Shown piece after piece: positions 17,393 to 26,301 of a stretch of DNA of 64,000 nucleotides; position 1 is the stretch's first letter, and each line of letters begins with the position of its first letter. The DNA is from an uncultured virus (IMG/VR IMGVR_UViG_3300007539_000017) (Duplodnaviria; Heunggongvirae; Uroviricota; Caudoviricetes). A program made the translations under genes and the position numbers. Location of the stretch: IMG/VR virus record IMGVR_UViG_3300007539_000017; one strand, 5' to 3'. The notes under the pieces were generated by a model, which worked only from the letters and a program-made list of their open reading frames with translations, made no database searches and was not told the DNA's origin.

Positions 17393-18511
17393 TTAGTCCT
17401 TTCCGAACAACTTCTGTTGTTCTATAATTAGTGCTTCTTGTGCTGTGATGTCTTCTTCATCCTCAACACTTCCAGTTATGAACCAGTCTTCACTAATGTC
17501 ATCTGCACTTTCTGGAATATAATATTTAGGGTCATCGACCTCAATATCAATTGCTTCCAAATGCTCGCCGTCTGTATAATTTACACAGTCGGCTCCACAA
17601 TCTGGCCAGTATTGGTTGACGTCCATCTCAGCATTGCACTTCTGACATTTAATCTTATTGTCACGTACATGCCATTGGAAGTCTTCCATCATGTCTTGTG
17701 GAGCATCATAACCATAAGCCACCATCATTTCCACAATCATGTCAGCACATTCTTCGTCTGACCATGCATCCTGTGGGATAAGACCCCATTGGTCGCATAA
17801 TTCAACATCGAATAGCTGAATAGTAGCTTCTGGTTCGTCACCAATTGTGCATGAAGCACCTTGGTCACGATTGACTGGCTTAGACTTAGCTGGTTCTGTT
17901 AGTTTATTGACGTAGGACTTAGTACCCCACTTCATCTTGGCTGAATACTCCAAGTATGAATCGTTTGAATACCAAACGCCATCTGACCACTCACCACTAG
18001 CCTCGTTGATAATGTAGGAATCTCTACGCAACTTAGGATTAGCTGTGAGAATGACTAGCTTGTTATAGCTACCAATCACATTACCCAAGTGGTCGATGTA
18101 CCTACTGTCATCAAGTGCAGTTAGTTTCTGGTACTGCAAGAACGTTTCATTAAAGTAACGAGTGTCACTTATGTCACGCTTTGCAGGTGGATGAAACTGA
18201 TGTGGCAATATACCGTTGTGTGCAAATACTGTTTGAGTATCTACATTGAACGGATGATTATTATCCATACATACTGAACCATGAGTTGCTATTCTCATGT
18301 GAACAAGTACGTCAGCATCATCACCATATTTGTCAATTACTTCGTTGAACTTACTAATAAATGGTTTAAGTTTCATAGTCTTAAAGACTCGAATCTTACC
18401 TTTATCATCAATCCAACTAATGCCACCACCATCACTATTATGTTTCCACATAGTTTCAAGTGTTGCATTGTCTATTTTTGCACCCTTAGGGATGCTTGCT
18501 ATTATACACAT
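17393..18511 (-). CDS. Class II (Ntn) glutamine amidotransferase with acidic C-terminal extension
   Basis: N-terminal MC, N.DG.G, HMRIATHG, HPF, HNG, SDT. Confidence 0.9.
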   Translation of the reverse strand: MCIIASIPKGAKIDNATLETMWKHNSDGGGISWIDDKGKIRVFKTMKLKPFISKFNEVIDKYGDDADVLVHMRIATHGSVCMDNNHPFNVDTQTVFAHNGILPHQFHPPAKRDISDTRYFNETFLQYQKLTALDDSRYIDHLGNVIGSYNKLVILTANPKLRRDSYIINEASGEWSDGVWYSNDSYLEYSAKMKWGTKSYVNKLTEPAKSKPVNRDQGASCTIGDEPEATIQLFDVELCDQWGLIPQDAWSDEECADMIVEMMVAYGYDAPQDMMEDFQWHVRDNKIKCQKCNAEMDVNQYWPDCGADCVNYTDGEHLEAIDIEVDDPKYYIPESADDISEDWFITGSVEDEEDITAQEALIIEQQKLFGKD

Positions 18512-21393
18512 TAGAGTGTACCTCCTTCTTCTGTTATTAATTCCAGAGTGTCAAGATGGTCAACGACCATTCCACGCTCTGTTGTATCAGCAAACAACCT
18601 ACTTAGGTCGTAGCTGTTTGTTTCTCTACCAAGCTTGATAAGGTTTTGGTATCTGTTTCTATTACCTTCTGTTGATAATATATAGAACCATAGCTTATCA
18701 TCCCAGTAGCTAACTGTCAAATCGTTGAAGAACTCACGATAAAAACCGTTTTGTTCTCCATCGGTTGTGTTGTAATATGGCAATTCAGAAGCAACTAAGT
18801 TCTTAGTCATTCTGTAAACTGCATCTACAAACTCAACTCTAGCTAGGACTCTGTCCTTGACAGTAGTAGAGTTGAAATATCTAAGCTCGATAGTATTCTC
18901 TTTAACTAAGTTAAAGCCATCATACTTACCATCGCCACCTCTATCAGTACGTCTACGTAAAGCAGTTGCTGCAATAATATCATTTGTATTACTGAGCACT
19001 CTGTTTCTACGCTCATGATATGGCATGCGCCAGTGAGCCCATCTATCTGAATGTCTCTGAGCAACTTTGTACAACAAAGTATTCTCAGATGCAACTTGAC
19101 CATCATTTATAAATACATCATGTTGTCTCATGAAGTAATCAATGAAAGCCCAAAGATGTCCAGTAGTAAATGCATCATGGTCAATATGTATATGAATACC
19201 ATTGCCAAAGTTTCTACCTCCACCTTCGTTGAACATTGCAACATATTTGTCTTTCAACAATTGCCAGAAGTCATCTGGTACTTGTTGCCATGCATCTAGG
19301 TTCATTGGTTGTGTAACAACCTCTTGACCCCAAGCAGAACCAGAGTCAACTGAACTATCTTTGACTCGGTATGCTAACTGAACGCGTGAGCGTTGTACTT
19401 CACTCCATGCTGGGTGAAAGAGCTCAATTAGTCTACGATGTGTATTTTCCATATCGTTTGCATCTTGATGCTCATTTCTTCTACCAACAATCTCTAACTC
19501 CATACCATAGAATGGACCCATCTCTGAGTTTATGATATGTGATTGAGTAATAGGACTTCCACTACTCATAGAGCGAGAAAATGTCATCGATTGTTGATTA
19601 GACATTAGCTCTGTGTTGGTCCAAGTAATTTGTCCAACAGGCTTAATCAATCTACCATCTGAATGTGTAGATGTACTAACCTGCCAAACAGGGAATGTAA
19701 AGTCCCAACTATTTTTCTCTAGATTCATCTCTGGTAATCCATGTCGAATTACATGTATAGGTGTTCTAGATACTCGTATCACTCTTCTGAGATTTGGTCT
19801 AGCTGACCCATTGTATCTTTGAGATAGATAATTCGAGAATTGACTCGCATCATATATCGTAAGGAACATGCTGTGGTCATATATGCTATTACCATCATCA
19901 TCTTGAGTAGCAAGGTCTTCATCAAAATACAGTGCGGTGTATCCTGTTGAACGTACTAGACCTTGTTCAAGGTCATCGGCATTCATATCCAATGTCTCTT
20001 CTCTAGTGAATAGTTGGAATCCACCATCTTGTAATATATCCCAAGCTTGTACTGACTCTGCTTCACCCATATCAGAATATGAATACCAGTCAAAGGTATT
20101 ACCGACATGGCCAATAGACTCATATGCACATTCATCAGGTCTAAAGATATCCTCTTCTGAAGCCCATGATAAATACTTCCTAGCTTCAAGACTAAGTTCC
20201 ACTGTTGGACCATAGTTGTTCTCTTCTAAGAAGTCACATGGATAGGCTGTCACGTCTTCCCATTGATAGGCAGATGAGTTTCTAGTTGTAGGAACTCTAC
20301 GCCAGAAAGGAACTAGTGTTTGATTATAAATCCAACCAGTTCTATCCCCATCTTCGTCCATCATGATTGAACGTAGGAATTGCCTTGTAGGTCTTTGCTC
20401 ACGACCGACACCGTAAGGGAATCTTACGAATGCATTGGTATGTGGGTCAAAGCCAGCAGTATATGTAGATGCACATAGAAAGCAGATTGAGTATCTGCTT
20501 GCATTGCGCTCCATGTTAATTGCAAACACAGTATTGTTTTTGTTAACATGTGACATACATATTTTGCATTCCTTATACTGTCTGAGACTACTACGAGTAC
20601 TAGGCTTGTAGATAACTTGTTCAAAGATGTCCCACTTGAACGTATCGTAGTAACCCCAGAATGGAGTAGCTTCTTCGTTCAATGAATAGGATATATTGTG
20701 ACTAATCTTAGTCACACCATCTTCAAAGTAAGGAATGATGTAAGACGTTGAGAAACATCTATCTACGCCATTCTCATCTTGAATGATTGTGAATATATAG
20801 TAGATATTACTCGCTGCTACATCTTGAGCATTTTGTCTGTAGTACTTATGTTTAATACTGTTATTAAACGGATTACTAAGAAACCTCTGCTGAAATTGCT
20901 TTTCAAGGCTTTCAGCTACTTTATACAAGTAATAAGGTTGCTCAACTATACCTGCGTTATTAAATGAACTAGCAGGAACCTGACGAGTTTCGTTCATGTT
21001 AGCAAAAGCATTAGCTAATCTATGAATCTCGTCATGTTCATGATGAACAGTCCTACCCAATAGTGGAGTAGGGTCTTCATTTTCTGCACGACTTTTAATA
21101 CAACTACACATAGTAAGCATACGTTGTATGTTCTTATGTGATACGATATAGATTTTAGACTCAGACCAAAGGCCGTAGTCTATAACGTCTGTATCAGTTC
21201 TTTCACTATAAGGAACCCTATAGTCTGCTACTTCGTGTAAGTGCTGGTTTCTCAACCTGTCATACAGATAATCCCAGTTAATATCAGCATCGGTAATGTT
21301 ACCTCTGTTGTGATATGTGGTTTCATCATGTAATGAGAACAAAGTTGGAAACTGTTCTTTTACTTCTGTAATGGAATTAAGTGTCCAAAACAT
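18511..21393 (-). CDS. Large putative amidoligase (~620-aa N-terminal extension plus C-terminal ligase domain)
   Basis: YGMELEI, KDSSV, EVVTQP, GIHIHI, NTIELRYFNSTT; CxxC...CxxC in the extension. Confidence 0.83.
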   Translation of the reverse strand: MFWTLNSITEVKEQFPTLFSLHDETTYHNRGNITDADINWDYLYDRLRNQHLHEVADYRVPYSERTDTDVIDYGLWSESKIYIVSHKNIQRMLTMCSCIKSRAENEDPTPLLGRTVHHEHDEIHRLANAFANMNETRQVPASSFNNAGIVEQPYYLYKVAESLEKQFQQRFLSNPFNNSIKHKYYRQNAQDVAASNIYYIFTIIQDENGVDRCFSTSYIIPYFEDGVTKISHNISYSLNEEATPFWGYYDTFKWDIFEQVIYKPSTRSSLRQYKECKICMSHVNKNNTVFAINMERNASRYSICFLCASTYTAGFDPHTNAFVRFPYGVGREQRPTRQFLRSIMMDEDGDRTGWIYNQTLVPFWRRVPTTRNSSAYQWEDVTAYPCDFLEENNYGPTVELSLEARKYLSWASEEDIFRPDECAYESIGHVGNTFDWYSYSDMGEAESVQAWDILQDGGFQLFTREETLDMNADDLEQGLVRSTGYTALYFDEDLATQDDDGNSIYDHSMFLTIYDASQFSNYLSQRYNGSARPNLRRVIRVSRTPIHVIRHGLPEMNLEKNSWDFTFPVWQVSTSTHSDGRLIKPVGQITWTNTELMSNQQSMTFSRSMSSGSPITQSHIINSEMGPFYGMELEIVGRRNEHQDANDMENTHRRLIELFHPAWSEVQRSRVQLAYRVKDSSVDSGSAWGQEVVTQPMNLDAWQQVPDDFWQLLKDKYVAMFNEGGGRNFGNGIHIHIDHDAFTTGHLWAFIDYFMRQHDVFINDGQVASENTLLYKVAQRHSDRWAHWRMPYHERRNRVLSNTNDIIAATALRRRTDRGGDGKYDGFNLVKENTIELRYFNSTTVKDRVLARVEFVDAVYRMTKNLVASELPYYNTTDGEQNGFYREFFNDLTVSYWDDKLWFYILSTEGNRNRYQNLIKLGRETNSYDLSRLFADTTERGMVVDHLDTLELITEEGGTL

Positions 21394-21506
21394 ATTATTT
21401 TCTCCTTCCCTGTGCTACTGCATTTCTGCTAATAACACTGTTATGTATTGATATATTGCTATTAAGAATAACAGATATCTATACAAAGGTCAAGTAGTTT
21501 ATCTAC

Positions 21507-21941
21507 TTAACGTTTGTCATCACCTGCTTCCCATCCAAGCATTGCCTGCTCGAATTCAGCATCAAAGGCTAAACCCTCCTGCTGTGTTTGAGATAATTCA
21601 TTCTCAATTTCTGCAACGTAGCGTCTGACAAGCTTACCTGTGTAACCTTTACGTCTCCACTCGCTGGTTTTTAGACCAAAGACATGATACTTCTTGCCTT
21701 TACTGTCTGTATGGTCGAACCATTTGTAACAATCTGATATATCCATATCTTCTGGAATATCATTTAAGTTAGCTGGTACGTGTAACCATCTGGCTTTGCC
21801 TCCACTAACTGCGTTAGCTTTGACTTTACCATCTGGTTTTAACTCCAACTCCCCTCTTAGATAAGCTCCCATGAACTCATCTAATGAGTAGGAATTAGAG
21901 GCTTTAGCTGCGGAGTCAATGACTCCCTTGCGATTAGCCAC
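21507..21941 (-). CDS. Hypothetical protein
   Basis: GTG start with SD AAGGAGG. Confidence 0.7.
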   Translation of the reverse strand: MANRKGVIDSAAKASNSYSLDEFMGAYLRGELELKPDGKVKANAVSGGKARWLHVPANLNDIPEDMDISDCYKWFDHTDSKGKKYHVFGLKTSEWRRKGYTGKLVRRYVAEIENELSQTQQEGLAFDAEFEQAMLGWEAGDDKR

Positions 21942-22169
21942 TATTGGCCTCCTTTACTCTGAGAATATCATCCACTGCATGTAGAACATCAGCGTAATTC
22001 ATTCCCTGCATTTCCCTGATTGCGTCAGGATTCGCGTCTAAGTAAGATAAAATCTCCTTAAACCTCTTATTAGATAAACGAACTGGGTTCGTCATATTAC
22101 TTCTATTCCTTTCCTGTTAACTGTAGAATCCGAAATTGAATTCTCACCATGCTAACACTGTTTTGTTTA

Positions 22170-22221
22170 GGGGTAACATTCCTCTAGACCACTGAAACTT
22201 GGTTTACAGGAATGCTACCCC
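22170..22221. other. Long intergenic hairpin (possible RNA processing site or terminator)
   Basis: GGGGTAACATTCCT...AGGAATGCTACCCC with inner TAGACCA/TGGTTTA. Confidence 0.5.
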
Positions 22222-22232
22222 AGAGTTAGCTA

Positions 22233-22370
22233 TTATCCTTTGAACATGCGTTTACCTAACTTGTTAGCTAAGTACATGCATGTACCTTGAAACATTATAA
22301 GAAATGCCCATGCACTAACATTTAAGTTAAGCAAACCTAGTACAAATTCCTCTATGAATATTGCACCCAT
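22233..22370 (-). CDS. 45-aa hydrophobic peptide
   Basis: MGAIFIEEFVLGLLNLNVSAWAFLIMFQG...; SD AAGGAGG. Confidence 0.55.
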   Translation of the reverse strand: MGAIFIEEFVLGLLNLNVSAWAFLIMFQGTCMYLANKLGKRMFKG

Positions 22371-22494
22371 TAGAACCTCCTTCCATATTTCTTCTGTTCA
22401 TTTTTCTGAGCTCTAATTATTAGTAATAATCCTATTACTCCTAATAATCCTATGTATAAAGGGAACATTTGTTACCTTCCTTTCTAGATTGATG

Positions 22495-22626
22495 TTACTT
22501 ACATTTGCAGTACTGACTTACGTCAGACTTACAAATGTTTGAGTCTTTACATTCACGACACACATCATCACCTTTGAACCATTGTGATTCAGGCAACATG
22601 TGTTCGCAATGATAGCAATTCAACAT
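22495..22626 (-). CDS. 43-aa Cys-rich peptide
   Basis: MLNCYHC...CREC...; SD AAGGAG. Confidence 0.55.
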   Translation of the reverse strand: MLNCYHCEHMLPESQWFKGDDVCRECKDSNICKSDVSQYCKCK

Positions 22627-22629
22627 TTG

Positions 22630-22797
22630 CTAACTCCTTTCTCCTATTGATAGCTTATTCTTATGTGCGAAATTGACTAACTCGTCCATCGCATGATACC
22701 TACACAGCACTTTTCCTTTCTCCAGATTGGACTGGATATATGGAGGAAAGCTACATCTCTCCTCAGTGTGTGTTGGATTATTTCTGATACATTTCAT
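22630..22797 (-). CDS. 55-aa Cys/His peptide
   Basis: MKCIRNN...C...LCRYH; SD GAAAGGA. Confidence 0.5.
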   Translation of the reverse strand: MKCIRNNPTHTEERCSFPPYIQSNLEKGKVLCRYHAMDELVNFAHKNKLSIGERS

Positions 22798-22818
22798 ATC
22801 AATTGTTCCTTTCTGTTA

Positions 22819-23175
22819 TTACTCCCACTCAACCCAAGATATTACTCTTGGAAAGTGTTTGATAATTCCTTCAGCTCCAGGTAATGACAAGAATCGTTCT
22901 CTGTCATATTCCCAGAACAGGTACAAGTCTTTGACTTTGTCGTCAAAGATAAGCTCTTTGTATGACACCAACATTGGTTGGTGAGATTCAGCTTTTTCTT
23001 TTGTATAATCCACTAAGAATGGATTAGTAAAGTCAAGCTGTTTCTCTGCAATCATCTGAGCTAATATCCAGTAATCATGGATAAGTTGCCCAGTATCATG
23101 CAGGCCAAGGTCATACTCAGCTGCTTTAACTATTGCTAGTTTGCTATATAATGTGGAAAAGTCTCCCCACTTCAT
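22819..23175 (-). CDS. Hypothetical protein
   Basis: SD GGAGGTG. Confidence 0.7.
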   Translation of the reverse strand: MKWGDFSTLYSKLAIVKAAEYDLGLHDTGQLIHDYWILAQMIAEKQLDFTNPFLVDYTKEKAESHQPMLVSYKELIFDDKVKDLYLFWEYDRERFLSLPGAEGIIKHFPRVISWVEWE

Positions 23176-23298
23176 ATTATTTCACCTCCTTCTTATCTGT
23201 TCCAATGGTTTTGGTCCAACCTGGGAAGAAATGGTTTACTATTCCATTCTCTCCAGTTAGTCCGTGTATTACTAATGCACTGAATAGTGCAACTCCGA

Positions 23299-24246
23299 TT
23301 AACTCTTCCATGAGTTTATCCTTTCTGTTAATGCACGTGCTTCATCTTCAACACGTACTCTTTCTTTTATTATTTTGTTTAGTACTGATTGGTGAACATG
23401 CACCATACTAAACTTAACTTCATCATCCAGTAAGTCCCAATACTCTTCAATTGTATCGTTACTCATAATCTGTTTGTAGAAGTCGTTGTACAAGCTAATG
23501 TAAGCTGAGTTCCAATCAAAGTCAATAAACTTATCGTTTACATATTCTCTGTAGTTAAACAACTCACCATATGTTTCTTTCTCAACAATGATGCTGGTAT
23601 CAAATACAATAACTTGTCTCATGTGTAGGTCATACACATCAGAATAGTTATCGAAGAAGTTTTGAGTAATATACATAGCTTTGTAGTTCTCTTGTATGTA
23701 ATCCCATGCATGATAGTCTTTGTAATGTTCAAGAGCACCAACCATCTTAATTTTATCTATAAGAGTATCTCTTTCTTCTTTAGTAAGTCGGTCTTTGTTA
23801 ACGTCAGGCTTACCTATTTCCTTTCTAAAGTCTTTCTCAACAACACTAGACAACCTAGCAAGTTGTTCTGTCTTACGACCATGCTCAAAGTTAGGATTAG
23901 GTAAATCGTCTATAGTATTGATTATATAAACATCGTTTTCGTTACACTCTATTGTTAGTTTGTGTCTAAAGTTCCAGTTCTTCTCTGTAACCATGTCTTT
24001 ATAAATTCTTTCTGCTTTGTTGACACCTTTAAATCTCCAGTCCATGTACTCATTGCCAAAGCCTAAGTAAAGACCAGCAGGCTTCCAAGTAGGCCATCTG
24101 GACTTAACATTCCAGTTAGAAAACTCAGTACCTTTGTATTTCTCTGGTCTCCACCTGATGAAGTCTGACTTACTGAAGTGTGTTAAATTAATCGTAATCA
24201 TTTCATTATTAGAATCAGCATGGAAGTTGGTTTTGCCTAAAGCCAT
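23299..24246 (-). CDS. Hypothetical protein
   Basis: Probable start MALGK (SD AGGAGGAG); aromatic-rich. Confidence 0.75.
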   Translation of the reverse strand: MALGKTNFHADSNNEMITINLTHFSKSDFIRWRPEKYKGTEFSNWNVKSRWPTWKPAGLYLGFGNEYMDWRFKGVNKAERIYKDMVTEKNWNFRHKLTIECNENDVYIINTIDDLPNPNFEHGRKTEQLARLSSVVEKDFRKEIGKPDVNKDRLTKEERDTLIDKIKMVGALEHYKDYHAWDYIQENYKAMYITQNFFDNYSDVYDLHMRQVIVFDTSIIVEKETYGELFNYREYVNDKFIDFDWNSAYISLYNDFYKQIMSNDTIEEYWDLLDDEVKFSMVHVHQSVLNKIIKERVRVEDEARALTERINSWKS

Positions 24247-24259
24247 TTTCTCCTCCTTG

Positions 24260-24937
24260 TTAGCCACTGTATGTTTCACTTTCTGTAAGGTCTTGCATTG
24301 GGTAGTGAACCTTGATTTCCCTTACTCTCTTGCCAGTCTGTCTAGCATAAGCTGCTGCGTAGATTCGGCATTGGTTGAGGTGAGCTTGTATGTCTTGCTC
24401 TGTAAGCTTGCTGTAGTTCTTATAGTCAATCACTGTGAAGCTGTCATCACTGTGTAGCTCGATAAGGTCAGCAGAACCTTCGTACAAGATACCAGCAACT
24501 GGTGCCTTAACTACATGCTCTGTAAGATACTCTGCGTTGTGGTCAATGATTCCAAGGAATCTATTGAATAAAGTTACTGCGTAACTTTCCTCAACTTCGT
24601 TGAGTTCGATGACTACGTCATTGTCAAGCTTGCTTTTAGCTAATGTGTAATCACTTAGCTTGTGATTAACTGCAGCCTCAAACACTTCGTGCATGTATGA
24701 ACCAAACTCTGTCATGTTAGCTTCGAAACCTTCTGGTTTATCTGCTGTGTGTAGAACTTGGTTGTCATACTCACCAAGTCTGTATGACATCTTTGATGGT
24801 GAAGCAGGAACTTGGTTCTCCTGTTGCATTCTGTAGTAATTTGTGTACATCATTTCCATATCATTCTCACCATCGAACTGGGATTCCGCGAACCCGAGTT
24901 TGTCCCTTCGCTCATTCATAATGTCGTGCATAGTCAT
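24260..24937 (-). CDS. PD-(D/E)XK nuclease (RecB/Cas4-like)
   Basis: GSYMHE..E, G.ADL, VIDYK, Q...YA. Confidence 0.85.
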   Translation of the reverse strand: MTMHDIMNERRDKLGFAESQFDGENDMEMMYTNYYRMQQENQVPASPSKMSYRLGEYDNQVLHTADKPEGFEANMTEFGSYMHEVFEAAVNHKLSDYTLAKSKLDNDVVIELNEVEESYAVTLFNRFLGIIDHNAEYLTEHVVKAPVAGILYEGSADLIELHSDDSFTVIDYKNYSKLTEQDIQAHLNQCRIYAAAYARQTGKRVREIKVHYPMQDLTESETYSG

Positions 24938-24997
24938 ACTTGTTTCTCCTTAGGTAGGGGCCTCAGTAAATTAAAAGGCCTTTTTTACACTACCGTT

Positions 24998-25029
24998 TAA
25001 GTGGTCCGTACAAATTTTTTGGGTTTTCC
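24998..25029. repeat. Direct repeat 1 flanking the terS-like gene
   Basis: TAAGTGGTCCG...ATTTTTTGGGTTTTCC; second copy at 25527-25559. Confidence 0.7.
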
Positions 25030-25067
25030 AAATCCACCTCAGGTGTGCAAAATAGGCTAAAATTACC

Positions 25068-25529
25068 TTGTATATGGGTAGAAAGACTAAATTAACTCCT
25101 GAAATTCAAGAGACCATATGTAATTGGCTTAAATTAGGCTATTACCAAGAAGATGCAGCCGTTATGGCTGGTATTGCTCCGTCTACTTTCTATGATTGGC
25201 TTAAAAAAGGCGCAGAAGAAGACAGTAAGCAAGAGGAAATAAAGGCCTTGACTGATGGAGGTACCTCTTTACCTGCAATTCCTGAGGGTAGTGACCTAGA
25301 GGTTGCTTATATTTATTCGGAGTTTTCGGAGGCTGTAGCAAGGGCTCGAGCTGAGGCTGAGGGTGCTCATATAAAAAACATTAGAAGAGCTGCTGATAAT
25401 GGGACATGGCAAGCTAGTGCTTGGTTCTTAGAGCGAAGTTTTCCTAAGAAGTGGGGTAAGAGGTCATCTCTAGAAATAGACGCACAGGGAGATGAACCTA
25501 TTAAATTTCAGATTTCATACGGAGACTAA
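25068..25529 (+). CDS. Terminase small subunit-like HTH protein
   Basis: GRKTKLTPE, AA..AGI..STFYDW, WQASAWFLER..PKKWG. Confidence 0.75.
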   Translation: MYMGRKTKLTPEIQETICNWLKLGYYQEDAAVMAGIAPSTFYDWLKKGAEEDSKQEEIKALTDGGTSLPAIPEGSDLEVAYIYSEFSEAVARARAEAEGAHIKNIRRAADNGTWQASAWFLERSFPKKWGKRSSLEIDAQGDEPIKFQISYGD

Positions 25530-25559
25530 GTGGTCCGCGCATTTTTTTTGGGTTTTTCC
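25527..25559. repeat. Direct repeat 2 flanking the terS-like gene
   Basis: TAAGTGGTCCG...ATTTTTTTTGGGTTTTTCC. Confidence 0.7.
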
Positions 25560-25675
25560 TGCCCATCCCAAAATAATTATCTTTATATCGAACATTTGTT
25601 CGAACATAGTATATAGCCTTTATTTTGTCTTAATAGTCCTAGCATTGCATAGCTATCCTGTAGTTAAATCTACTT

Positions 25676-25975
25676 ATGGAAAAATATGACTTACATAGTG
25701 ACTTAGATGATGTTATGTCTGTACCTGGGTTTTATAAGAAAGCTGCTTGTAAAGGACATGATAATCAAGATGATTTCTTTCCAGAGCGAGGAGGTTCTAC
25801 TATTGTTGCTAAGGCTATTTGTGGAAAATGCCCTGTTCAAAAAGAATGTTTGGAATATGCTGTAGAGCGAAAAGAACGTTTTGGAATTTGGGGAGGTAAA
25901 TCAGAAAGAGAAAGACGCGCCATTAGACGAGAAAGACGCCTTAAGGCAAATCGTCCTCGTCCAAATGGTAAATAG
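25676..25975 (+). CDS. whiB: WhiB-family transcription factor (second copy)
   Basis: AAC...FFPERG...AKAICGKCPVQKECLEYA....RFGIWGG.SERERR. Confidence 0.95.
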   Translation: MEKYDLHSDLDDVMSVPGFYKKAACKGHDNQDDFFPERGGSTIVAKAICGKCPVQKECLEYAVERKERFGIWGGKSERERRAIRRERRLKANRPRPNGK

Positions 25976-26301
25976 CATCTAGTTGTTCTACTGAGAATCT
26001 ACCTAAGTAGCGACCTTCTGCTCTTTTAGATTTTTTTGGTTCGAACTTTGCTCGTTCTATTTCACGTTTACTAGCAAGCCCTAAGCCAATCATTCCTAAT
26101 ATACTCATAATATCTCCTATAATTAAAGATTTATAGTAACACTTAAATAAAACAGTGATAGTTTTTAATGTTAAAAATATGTTAAAAATTTTTTATTTTT
26201 TTTACTTTTCATTCATACCAATGTGGTATTCTTATAAAGCCTCAACAAAAGTTGTAGGTATAAAGGAAAGTCAAAGACTTTCACGGAAATAGGAGAATAC
26301 T

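Noticed and set aside
24260..24937. Cas4 as part of a CRISPR-Cas system
   Set aside because: No repeat-spacer array or other cas genes were seen, and the Fe-S cysteines are missing; it is a stand-alone PD-(D/E)XK nuclease.
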